This document shows positions 1 to 12,141 of a stretch of 64,000 nt of DNA, piece after piece. Under the pieces are notes generated by a model that was not told the DNA's origin, ran no database searches, and was given only the letters and a program-made list of their open reading frames with translations. Position 1 is the stretch's first letter. Each line of letters opens with the position of its first letter. The translations under genes and the position numbers were made by a program. Source of the stretch: Paraspadella gotoi (lineage: Eukaryota > Animalia > Chaetognatha); assembly GCA_051294375.1 (NCBI GenBank), contig CM119265.1, forward strand, positions 20,054,509 through 20,118,508, written 5' to 3'.

Positions 1-252
1 CGTCATCTTGCGGAGAGATGAGGAACGATTTCGCTTCGTCTGGAGGAAAGGATCATCGTTTTACCGGGTTATTGTAATCGGAAAGATATTTTCGTTGTTT
101 TTTTGTTGTCGGGACAATTTATTTCTTGCGCTCGGACTTTTACAGTAATATATATCTAACGGATCGAATTCATTATACACAAAAGAAAATTCCTTTCTTC
201 TTTAATCCTGGAGAGTGCTTTATTTTTAGAGTAAAAAAAAAAGATTGTCTGC

Positions 253-348
<96 letters not shown>

Positions 349-480
349 TGTCGATCGAATTTACGAACGTCGTTTGCCTTCTTAGATTGCAACGAAATAT
401 TGGGGAATACGAAGGCTTTAAAAGGCGGCAAGGAAGCAAATTATATATATATATATATATAAGAAGAGAGAGAGAGAAGA

Positions 481-565
<85 letters not shown>

Positions 566-2095
566 TTGTTGAGGTTTTCCAGTCTTTTCAAAGAAAAAAA
601 GTAAATCCAGGTGTGAAGAAGATTGAGCGAGAGATAGGAAGTTACCCGAGAGCATTCTTTCTCACTAATCACGCCACGATGTTCTGAGGATCCATGTAAT
701 TCCGTGAAAAGCGTCCGAGTGTGAGAGAGCGAGAGAGAGAGAGAGAGAGTGTAAGCGAACGTCGTCTCCGTCCTCAGTGACGCAATCCGATTAAAAATAT
801 TTAAAAAAATATTTTATCCAAAAAATAAAAATAATGAATGTCTTCCAGCGAAAGGAGAAACGATAACAAAAATAGAAGAAGAAAAAATACGAAAGAAAAA
901 AAAACACAAAAGGGGAAAAAAAAACTGTCGTTGGAAACAAAAACCCCAAAAAATGAGAAATTGAAAGGAATGCGAATGAAGATCGGAGATTCGAAAGAAT
1001 TCAAAGATTACTTGGCAAAGCGTTGAAAAATGTTGTTTTTTTTTACAATTTGTTTTCCAAGTTACGAAATTCGGTTAAATTGTAAAAAACGCGTACTTTA
1101 CGCGCGGAGAGACTAAACGTGCAGTTACGTCACGAACGTCGAAATAAACTAAATTTTAAAACATAAGCGAAAAAGAATTTAAGGGAATAACAAGTGGTTT
1201 TGAACGGTTAGAGACGTCGTCGTCGTCGTCGTCGTCTACTAAGAAACAAAGAGATTTCCGAGACCGCAACTCCATTCGTCATTCGCATTCAGAAACATTT
1301 TTTTTTTTTAGTCTGAAAACGAGATTTGATTCGGGAAATTCCGTCGCCCGTCACCGTGTCTCCCGTCGCCTGCCCGTCACGTCGCCGTTGCAGCGTCTCT
1401 CGTCACGCCGTCACGCTGAGACGTTCGTCGTCGCGTGGTCCGTCACGTTTTTAGAAAGGAGGGCGTTGACTTTTAAACATTAGACAAGGTTTGTTTGGGG
1501 TAAATCATTTCTATTTCTGCCCCCCGTGGGGCGCGCCATTCGCCCCCGTTACAAAATTTACCAATCTCGACGCCCAGACGTCGAAAATTTGCGCAACTTA
1601 CTTTTTTTTTAATTTTAAACAAATTAAGTTAAATCCAGGAAAGTTGTTAAATTTACTAAAACGTGGAAAAAAAAACTTTTCTACTTAACTAGCTCAACAG
1701 ATTTCGAAAACAACTGGAGGCAGGAGAGAAGAATAAATAATTCTAAAAAAAAAAACATTAGTCATTAAATTAATTTAATTACTCCGCCTTTTTTTTTGTA
1801 AAGAAATCTCGGAGGAACAGAGAAACAGACGGACGCTGAACGATGAAATCTCTCGTCTTAAGACAAAGAATTCTTATTTTAAAAAATATTATATATTTTT
1901 AAATATTTTAAGAAGAATATGGAAAGCGGTTGTCAGACAAGTACGTATTACGGGAAGACGTTACTTTAAACGAAGTGAAAAAAAAAGGGGGAGACAACTA
2001 TATCTGTCTATTGAAGTCACGCGCTGAAAAAACAAAAAAACATAAACAAACAAAAACACAAAACTAAGATGATAAAACTTGACGTTTAAAAAAAA
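1..2095 (+). repeat. Direct segmental duplication, copy A (matches ~7010-9078); ends at a 25-N gap
   Basis: Position 1 (cgtcatcttgcggagagatgagg) recurs at 7010 and the match continues to ...aaacttgacgtttaaaaaa at 2095 / ~9078. Differences are mostly 1-bp indels and microsatellite lengths. Confidence 0.95.
256..560. repeat. (AG)n microsatellite cluster
   Basis: Long GA runs at ~256-344 and ~465-560; they produce the spurious RE/SL ORFs. Confidence 0.95.
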
Positions 2096-2120
2096 NNNNN
2101 NNNNNNNNNNNNNNNNNNNN
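2096..2120. other. Assembly gap (25 N)
   Basis: Run of 25 N. Confidence 1.
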
Positions 2121-5100
2121 AGAGAGAGATGCGGTCTCCGCTCTGCAGCGGGTGCGTGGATTTCCGCTGCTTCCTGGTGCGGACTCGTTTTCTGCAGCAC
2201 TCGAGAGTCGGTCGGTTCAGCACCAGTGTTCGAACCCCAGGCCTCTTTCGGGATAGCTGTCTATGGAGTGGGCTGAGATAGTTTCCTTGGTAGTTTTGTT
2301 GTTGTTGTTGCTTTTTAAGTTCTAGTTGTTGCCGTTGTTGTGGTTGTTGTGTTTGTGGTTGTTGTGTTTGTTGTGGTATTTCCTCATGCCACTGCAAATT
2401 GCGTTCGTGGAAATTCGTTTCTCCTCGCGTTCCGTCGAGACCCAAAATTTTTTCTGTCTTCGTCGTTTTGTGACAAATTGCTTTTTCTCTTTTCGTCATA
2501 ACGTCGTCTCCCCGGGATGCCCTCCTCTCGAACCCTCGTTACGCTTTTTCTCTCCTCTCTTTCTGTTCCGATTCTCTCTCCCTGTCCTCTCCCATGCTAT
2601 TGTTGTCTCCATGCTTTATCTCCATTTTTTGACTCTCTCCTCTCCACTCAAGGTCGTTATTTTGTCTTTCATGCTTTTTCCTGCCTTTGTTCGATTGTCT
2701 CCCTCTCTTCTTTTAGCGTTATTTGGTCTCTCATGCCTTCTCTCTGTCGTTTGGCTGACGCCTCTTGCCCCCGTTATTCTCTCTCCTCTCCTCTCTCATG
2801 TTTTATTCTCTCTCCTTGTCTCTCTCCCTTTTATTTCTCTCTCCTTCTCTCTCCATTTTACTGTCTCTCGTCCCTCTCCTCTCTCATCTTTATTCTACTC
2901 TCCTTTCTCTCTCCCTTTGATTTCTCCCTCCCTCCTCTCTCGCTCGTTATTGTTCTTTCTTCTTCTCTCCTCTCCGTTTCCTTTCCTCCAATCTTCTATC
3001 TTGCGTCGTCTCTAACTCTTTCTCCTCTGTCTCTCTCTTCTCTTCTCTCCATCTCTCTTGCTTCGCGAATGGAAACGACTCCTTCATTCCTCTTTTCTCT
3101 TCGTTCATTCCTTCGCATTCGAGACCGTTCTCCCCTCTCAGTCAATCCGCCGACCTGTTCAGATCCCGCCCAGTTTATTTCTCCACGTTCTCACCAACTC
3201 GCGGCCTCTTCCGACTGCCTCAACTCTCTCCGTTCTCCCACTCGTTGCTCCCCATTCTCCGCACCCACATTTTTTTTCATCCCTGTTTCTCTCTCTCCAC
3301 CTCGCAATTCACTCCCCGATCAACCTCCAACCCACGCTCCAATTTCACCCCGACCTTTACCCTTTGACCCTCCGCCCGTCCCGGTCTCCCGATTCCCGGC
3401 GTCTTTCTCCGCGCCCGACGTCAGCCTCCCATCGCGTCGATTTTGGCGACGTCGGCGCCGCCTTCCGCTTCGCGTTGGCGCCGCCCTTTATTTTCGGTAG
3501 CCCAGAACGCTAATTTATACTCGGCGACGCCTCGCTGGCGCCTTAATTGGTTCTCGCGACGCGACGAGAGGCCCTTGCGGCGTCAACAGAGGCCTCCTTG
3601 CGGGCGCGGTCCAATTCCGCCTCAATATCCGGCGCTGATTTGCGGTCCCTCCGCTCGCGGCGCAGCTTCTCTCTCTCGCTCTCTATCTCTTACGGACAGA
3701 GTCCCTGGGCGTCGACCAAAAGATCGAACTCCCGATTCCCGCCATGAATTTCCGAAAATCCAATTTGCTTCTCTGCCGTCGTTGGTCGTTGTTGTGATTG
3801 TGGCTATTGTCGTTAAAGTGCTGTCGTCCGTTGTGGTTATTGTTCTTGTCGTAATCACATCCCTCTTCCTTCAAACAAACTTCCGTTTCTTCTTTCTTAA
3901 CAACGATGTTTCGAAAAGGTTGTTGTTGTTGTTGTAGTTTTTCATTTCCGACTGTCTCGCTTTTGAGCTTCTTGTTTTACGAGTCCTCGTAAATGTTTTA
4001 GTGGCAGTTGGCGCTCTTGGTTCCCTTTTTTCCTTGACCCTCTCGTTTGAGACGCCCGTGTGTTGTTCTAATAAGTCGTTTGTTGTTGTGTTTCCCGCAC
4101 AGCGAAGGCCCGTTCCGCTTTCGTTTGCTTCCGTTTCGAACTCGTTTCGTCTACTGGGACTGAGGGCGCGGCTGCTGTTGATGGCAGCGTGGAATGCTGC
4201 TGTTGAATGCAGCGTTGAATGCTGCTGTGGCTGCTGCGTTTTGTAAATGTGGAAGAAGTGGAGTTAGATTGAAGCTGAGGCGGGGCAGTTTTTAGCGGCG
4301 CAAGCCTCTAACTTGGGTTTAATCGCGGAGCGATGGTTGCGGGAGCGCGGTTGCTGGAGCGGTTAGTCGAAATTTCGGCGGCGACTGTGGCGTCGGCTGC
4401 GGCTTGCGGGCTGAGCTGCGGCTGTGGCTGTGGCTGCAGATAGAGGCTTGCTGAGGTTAGGAGACTTTAATCTGCGACAGAGATATGAGGGTTGAGAGGA
4501 GCATCGGTGATTGGGTTGAAGAAGGGATAGAAAGGGATAGCAGGGGGGACGAGAAAGACAGCGACCTCCGTTCATCGCTGCTCAGTAGCGTTAATCCGTC
4601 GCCGTTGATTGGTTGTTTGGTTGGTTGGTTTCGAAAATGACTGGCTCGATATGAAAGATTGTCTCGTGTAACGATTCATTCTGGGTTATCGGAACCGTTT
4701 TTTGGTAACTGTGCTTTGTAATTGATCGACTCGTTCTCCGGCAATTGGCTGATTGGCATAGAATGGTTTATTTGGTGGAGTGAGAGTGACTCTTCGCCTC
4801 GATCGCTCCCCCGCGACGGTTTTCTCTCCCGTCGCGTTCCAAGAAAAAAATGTACATCGACTTTTTTCCGTTCGTTTCCGTGGGCGACCAAGGTTTGGGG
4901 GAAGAGGGCGAGGGAGCGGCAAGGAGGCGGGCACGAGCGGGCGAGGGAGAAGAGGAGTCGGGCGGAGAAAGGAGAGAGGATTTGGCAGAGAGGTCGATGA
5001 TTTGGTGAAGGAAAACGGGTGGAGAGAGAGGAGGAGGAGGAGGAGGAGGGGGGAAGGAGGAAGAGGAGGAAGAGATGATGAGGAGAAAGGAGAGAGGGAT

Positions 5101-7048
5101 CCTTATGATTATTCGGCGTTGTCTTTCCGGACGGCGACGCAAAAGCGATGGGTGTGGCGACACCTTTGCGACCCCGCGTCATTGACGTCCCTTGCTTGAG
5201 CGACTAAATCATTAACGCCTCCTTTTCTCGAAGGATGGTGCCGTTCATGGATAGTTATTTGTCGTCGTTGTTGTTGTTGTTTTTGTCGTCGTTGCGTCGA
5301 GCGAGGGTGTCGTCTTCAGCGGTTTTCACAGCCGCTTAGTTTCTTGACATTTTTGTCATCGTTCCTGACGTTCAACGTCACGTCGGCGATGAAAGCGTTT
5401 TCGCGATTTATCGTATTTCCGGTATCGACGCTTTTATCGCTCGCGACGCAATTAGTGACGCGATCGGCGTCGGCGTCCTCGTTTTTCTCCGGCGTCTTTT
5501 GAGGCGCTGGCGGCGCCAGTGGCGAAAGAAAAACCAAATCGAGTTTCTGGGAGGAAAAAAAATGGAGGGAATTCGAGAATTTCGAAGAATTTAAATCAAT
5601 TTGAAATTTATTCCCCAAATTTCTCCCAGATCTTTTTTTTTTTCCTTCAAGAATTTCTATGAAAGAGAATTATATATTCTTTGTCTCTTCGTCTCTTCGT
5701 CGTCTTAAGAATTGAATTACGAGAAATAAAAAAAATTTAAAAAGAAAAAAACTTGATTCATTTTGTGCGAGAATAAGAAAAACAAAATATTTTCCTCTCA
5801 TTTAATGGAAAAAAGATTTATTCTTAGTAATTAGTTAACCGAACTCGAAACGACAATTTATTTATGTCCTTTAGAGGGAGTGAGAGAGAAATCTGAATTC
5901 CAAATCGCGGGGGGGGAAAAAAACAACAAAACGGAAAGAAAACCGAGAAGAAACGAAAAGAAAACACGTTTCCTTCTTCGATTCTAAATATATTCTGTCT
6001 CTCGCCTCGGTTATCGCCACCTGGCCAGGTGAGCACCTGTCACGCGAGCCCGACCTTTTTTGATTTAATCAAAGATTTATGAGAAGATATTTAAGGTTCT
6101 TAGAAAAAACAGGGAACGATTGTTCGCTGCATATATAATATATATATGCATATATAATGGGTGCTTATTTTCCTAGATTGCACAGTTGGACTCGATCTCA
6201 TTCTTCAAAATAAATAATAACCAAACTTACCAAATAACCTTCGACCTTACCTTCGCCTCCAAATTTTGACTAAAACTCGGCGCCGTAAACTCCACGTTTT
6301 CCAGCGTTGACGAACGCCGGTTTGAATACGATCGCGCCAACGTCGACGTGGAGACGAAGGGGCGTTTCCCCCGGAAAGCGGCGCCGTTGAGAAACCTCCT
6401 TCCCCTCGTTTCCAACGACCGTCATAACGGACGATGCTCTCGCGGCGCCGCTCGCCGCTTCCGGTCGACGTCACGATATCGACGGCGCCGTTTCGTCGTC
6501 GACGCTGAGACGAGAGACGCGACGGGAAAAATCTCTTTGACGGTCTGCTCGAAGAGGTGATCGTATGGGTAGCTCATTTTTGGGAGAATCGCATCGGCGC
6601 GCTGTGAAAGAGGGGTCACATCGGCGGGCTTGTGAAAGAGGGGTCACATCGGCGCGCTGTGAAAGAGGGTCACATTGGCGCGCTGTGAAATAGGGGTCAC
6701 ATCGGCGCGCTGTGAAAGAGGGGTCACATCCGCGCGCTGTGAAAGAGGGTCACATTGGCGCGCTGTGAAATAGGGGTCACATCGGCGGGCTGTGAAAGAG
6801 GGGTCGCATCGGCGCGCTGTGAAAGAGGGTCACATTGGCGCGCTGTAAATAGGGGTCACATCGGCGGCGCTGTGAAAGAGGGTCACATCGACGAGCTGTG
6901 AAAGAGGGTTAGATCGACGCGCTGTGAAGAAGATCACATCGGCAGGCACTATGTGAGAGGTCATATCAGTGGGCGTTGAAAACGAACCACATCGGTGGGC
7001 TCGTGAGAGCGTCATCTTGCGGAGAGATGAGGAACGATTTCGCTTCGT
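2121..7048 (-). CDS. Partial, frameshifted gene for an unidentified large low-complexity protein (9-aa repeats; Q-rich and R/E/D/S-rich tracts); exons ~7048-6251 and 5546 to <=2121
   Basis: Acceptor tttcctccag at 7049, donor AAG|gtaagg at 6251 and acceptor ttttcctcccag at 5547 give a phase-0 join ...QNLEAK|KLDLVFLSPLAPPAPQK. Codon-like CAA/GAC/GAG repeats on the minus strand. Many frameshifts, consistent with low-quality consensus. No recognisable domain. Confidence 0.5.
6593..6965. repeat. 27-bp minisatellite (~13-14 units, ATCGGCGCGCTGTGAAAGAGGGGTCAC), encoding DVTPLSQRA on the minus strand
   Basis: Tandem units visible directly. The ATTGGCG...TAGGGG variant recurs every third unit (~80 bp). 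Confidence 0.95.
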
Positions 7049-7263
7049 CTGGAGGAAAGGATCATCGTTTTACCGGTTATTGTAATCGGAAAGATATTTT
7101 CGTGTTTTTTTTGTTGTCGGGGACAATTTATTTCTTAGCGCTCGGACTTTTACAGTAATATATATCTAACGGATCGAATTCATTATACACAAAAGAAAAT
7201 TCCTTTCTTCTTTAATTCCTGGAGAGTGCTTTATTTTTAGAGTAAAAAAAAAAGATTGTCTGC

Positions 7264-7347
<84 letters not shown>

Positions 7348-7476
7348 GATGATCGGATCGAATTTACGAACGTCGTTTGCCTTCTTAGATTGCAACGAAA
7401 TATTGGGGAATACGAAGGCTTTAAAGGCGCAAGGAAGCAAATTATATATATATATAATATATAAAAGAGAGAGAAG

Positions 7477-7522
<46 letters not shown>

Positions 7523-9078
7523 AGAGAGAGAGAGAGAGAGAGAGAGAAATCAATGTGAGGTTTTTTTCCAGTCTTTTCAAAGAAAAAAAGTAAATCCAGG
7601 TGTGAAGAAGATTGAGCGAGAGATAGGAAGTTACCCGAGAGCATTCTTTCTCACTAATCAGGCCACGATGTTCTGAGGATCCATGTAATTCCGTGAAAAG
7701 CGTCCGAGTGTGAGAGAGCGAGAGAGAGAGAGAGAGTGTGTAAGGCGAACGTCGTCTCCGTCCTCAGTGACGCAATCCGATTAAAAATATTTAAAAAAAT
7801 ATTTTATCCAAAAAATAAAAATAATGAATGTCTTCCAGCGAAAGGAGAAACGATAACAAAAATAGAAGAAGAAAAAATACGAAAGAAAAAAAAAACACAA
7901 AAGGGGAAAAAAAAACTGTCGTTGGAAACAAAACCCCAAAAAATGAGAATATGAAAGGAATGCGAATGAAGATCGGAGATTCGAAAGAATTCAAAGATTA
8001 CTTGGCAAAGCGTTGAAAAATGTTTTTTTTTTACAATTTGTTTTCCAAGTTACGAAATTCGGTTAAATTGTAAAAAAGCGTTTACGCGCGGAGAGACTAA
8101 ACGTGCAGTTACGTCACGAACGTCGAAATAAACTAAATTTTAAAACATAAGCGAAAAAGAATTTAAGGAATAACAAGTGGTTTTGAACGGTTAAGAGACG
8201 TCGTCGTCGTCGTCGTCGTCTACTAAGAAACAAAGAGATTTCCGAGACCGCAACTTCATTCGTCATTCGCATTCAGAAACATTTTTTTTTTTTTGAGTCT
8301 GAAAACGAGATTTGATTCGGGAAATTCCGTCGCCCGTCACCGTGTCTCCCGTCGCCTGCCCGTCACGTCGCCGTTGCAGCGTCTCTCGTCACGCCGTCAC
8401 GCTGAGACGTTCGTCGTCGCGTGGTCCGTCACGTTTTTAGAAAGGAGGGCGTTGACTTTTAAACATTAGACAAGGTTTGTTTGGGGTAAATCATTTCTAT
8501 TTTGCCCCCGTGGCGCGCCATTCGCCCCGTTACAAAATTCCAATCTCGACGCCCCAGACGTCGAAAATTTGCGCAACTTACTTTTTTTTTAATTTTAAAA
8601 CAAATTAAGTTAAATCCAGGAAAGTTGTTAAATTTACTAAAACGTGGAAAAAAAAAACTTTTCTACTTAACTAGCTCAAACAGATTTCGAAAACAACTGG
8701 AGGCAGGAGAGAAGAATAAATAATTCTAAAAAAAAAAACATTAAGTCATTAAATTAATTTAATTACTCCCGCCTTTTTTTTTGTAAAGAAATCTCGGAGG
8801 AACAGGAAACAGACGGACGCTGAGACGATGAAATCTCTTCGTCTTAAAGAACAAAGAATTCTTATTTTAAAAATATTATATATTTTTAAATATTTAAAAG
8901 AATATGGAAAGCGGTTGTCAGACAAGTACGTATTACGGGAAAGACGTTACTTTAAACGAAAAAAAAAGGGGGAGACAACTATGTCTGTCTATTGAAGTCA
9001 CGCGCTGAAAAAAAAACAAAACAAAAAAAACAAACAAAAACATAAAACTAAGATGATAAAACTTGACGTTTAAAAAAA
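7010..9078 (+). repeat. Direct segmental duplication, copy B (matches 1-2095)
   Basis: Near-identical to the window start. Confidence 0.95.
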
Positions 9079-12000
9079 AAACAGGTTTTTTGAAGAAGAT
9101 GATCCCAGATTAAATCCTTTGACGCAACGATGCTATTTTTTTTTTAGTTTGTTTCTTGGTTTGTTTGTTTGTTTGTTTTTTTACGCGAATTTTCTTCACT
9201 GGAGGACTAGGTCGTTCTTTTTAATTTCTTCTTAAATTCTTTCTTTTTTTTTCACAACTTTAGCTAAATCGAATTTAACTTTTAAGGATTGAATTTTTTT
9301 TTTTTTTAGGTTCGATTGTAGATCGAAAGGAGCCTCTCAGATTAGAGAGCAAAAAGTCTAAAACGACCGCGAAACCACAAATAAAAAAACTTGTAAAAAG
9401 TACGTAAGGAAAAGTCTGAGTTAGTTCCACAAAAAATAAATAATGTTTTAGCCTTCATACTATTATGTTTATAGTATATATTATATATTTTTGATGAAGA
9501 AAAGAGAGAAAAAATATTGTGGAGACAAACAGACAAATGCGTATATAATTTTAAAACTGACAAAATGAAACGGGGATTATTGACAACGTGTTTGAAAAAA
9601 AGGAAAAAAAAGTGAGAAAAAAAGATGAGAAATGATTTTTCGATGACGTCTTGAGATTGAAGTCAAGAACCTATATTTATTTGTTTACTTATCTCAAGGT
9701 TTTTGGGGATAATTTTTTTTTTTTGTGAAAAGTTGAGTTATATGACGCTCGAAATCGAGGCAAAGCCAAAGGTAGTGTTTTAAGTATGGTTAGAAGAAGA
9801 GCGGAAATCTAATTAGCATACCTAATTCTATTTACTTCTAAATTAGGATAATTTGTTTCTAAAACAATTTTCGTTAATATTTCCTTCTTAGGCTATTTAT
9901 TATTTAATCATATAATTAATATATATAATTATATATATAATCACAAAAAATAATTTAAATTTCAAATGTATTTATAACATATTTAACTACTTGTAATATT
10001 TTAAAATCTTATCTCATATAGTAAAACAAGAAATCCTGCAGTTTTCATATTATCAATTAAGTGCAATATGAGACAGACAAAATGACAAGGAACCGACAGA
10101 CAGGCAAACAAGCAATAATTTGGCTTGATTTTAACCGATATAAACCAATTAACAGGTTTTAAATATTTATCTTTTTTTTTCAACACGTAACTATCTCATA
10201 ATAAAAAAAACAAAACAAAACAAAGGGCGTTAGATTTCCTCGAGGAAATCGTTTTACGGTTTATCTTTTCCCAAGAGCGTTCTTCGCCATTAGTGTTTTG
10301 CCTGCCAACGCTTTTCTACTTTCAAACTCGAATTTCAAAACATCGATTCCTTTCGAATGTAAACAAACGAGATTTGATTTTAAAAACAGTGACTTTCGGA
10401 CTTCGAATCGGGCGCCGCCTTTCGGCCGTAGTTGGGAAAGTTACATTTCGGTGAATCTAAATTTAGACTCGACTTATAATTCACATTTAATAACCAATTT
10501 CATAAAACGTGAATGAAGTTTTGAAAAGAAAAATCATTAAAAAAACATTTTAATTTAAACAAATGGTTGTAATTCGTGCCATGATAATTGATATCATTTC
10601 TGGTATTTTTTTATTTTAACATTGATTTCTATCTGACTTCGTTTAAATGTAAACGGAAATATTTATAAAAGGATAAGATTATTTTTTAAAAATAGTTAAC
10701 TTTGATGGTTTCCTCTCATTAACGAGCCAACGCTTTTTGCTAAGGCTTTTCTGTCAACCAATGACCTCAAATGGTATCGTTCTAATAAAAGGGCAGCGTC
10801 TCATAAAGAGCAAAATTTATTAATACATTAACATACATTAACAATAACGATCGTAATCGTCGAACGAGCAAAGTAATAGACATTTAAGGAAAAACCTGTT
10901 TTGAGCGGCGAAATGATAAGAAACATAAAATCTAAAGTTTTAAATTGAGTTTGTATAATAGTTTTGACGAAAAAAAAAATTACTCAAATATATTCTTTCG
11001 GAATGCATAATTAGTTACGATTGCTCTCTTTAGTTTATATAAAATACAATACGTTTTATCGGTAATTTACCAATTTTTTATGATCTGGCTTTTTATATGT
11101 TAATTTCACTTCATAATCCTTTCAGCAAAAGAAATATGCTAATTCTCTTTTTTTTTCTTTCATTAACTGCAAGTTAAGAGGAGAAAAAAAGAAAGAAAAA
11201 AAGAAAGAAGAGAAAAAAGCAAAGAAGAAAAAAAATAAGAAAGAGTTCCTCAATCGGTAAATTTTCCCATTTCACTTGGATTGGAAAAATATTGTAATTA
11301 TTATTTTTCCGAGAAAAATTCGATTACTACTTCTTTGGATGCCTGAATAATGAATATTAAGTTTATTAAACCAGATCCTCGCAGAAGTTGTTCGGACATC
11401 AGTTTGGCAGTTTCTCAATGTTTTGTTGTTGTTGTTGTTGTTGGTTGGGCTTCTGTGGCGTCGCTGACGTCGTCGTCGTCGTTCTGTCGTGTCTCTTTTT
11501 CCGAGTCTGGGAAAAGCAGTTGACTGTCGTTAGTGTTGTGACTGTGTGGTCTTTATAGACAAATTAGATTTATTTCTTTTTCGTTGAAAAAAATTAATTA
11601 AATATATAATATAATTAAATAGAATTAAATATAGATTACTAAAAGAGATTACCTAATTCTTACTTATAGCTAAAAAAACTGTTCCGCGATTGAGAGAGAT
11701 CAATAATTGTATATAATGACATAAAAACAAAGAAAATCTTTCAACGATCGAAAAAGTTCGCGGTTGTGGTAAAAGAAGCCACATGCAATAAACATTAAAC
11801 AATAAACGGTATAAAATTTATATATTTTTTTACATATTTAAAAAAATTGAAACTGCTTTCTTATGTTATGAAACAGTAGGTTAAATATGTACTTACGTAT
11901 TATTTTGTAGTTTACCTTTTTTTTAACGTAACAGACAAAATGCTAAACTAATAAAGTTTTAAAGGCTGAGTCTTATACGACGCTGCCAGCCCGCGACAGA

Positions 12001-12141
12001 ATAATAAGAGGAAAAGAAAACGGAACGAACTGAAACTGAACTGAACTGTAACAACGACTGACGAAATCTCAAAATTATTTTTTTCAGCTCAAAATATTTC
12101 GAGAATGATTTCTTTATTTATCCTGCTTCATTTCTCTTCAG

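Noticed and set aside
126-672. RE-repeat and SL-repeat ORFs (also at 7212-7644, 16870-17091, 18107-18577, 20360-21065)
   Set aside because: Translations of (AG)n/(CT)n microsatellites.
2326-3513. Long + strand Leu/Ser/Phe-rich ORFs (229, 327, 151 aa) resembling membrane proteins
   Set aside because: Antisense shadows of a purine-rich low-complexity minus-strand exon; CT-rich DNA lacks stop codons by composition.
6422-6424. In-frame TGA as possible selenocysteine or readthrough (also 5316)
   Set aside because: The region has many single-base indels typical of unpolished long-read sequence; no SECIS or redox motif context seen.
6593-6965. CRISPR-like array (27-bp repeats)
   Set aside because: Units are directly adjacent with no unique spacers, there are no cas genes, and the context is eukaryotic; it is a minisatellite.
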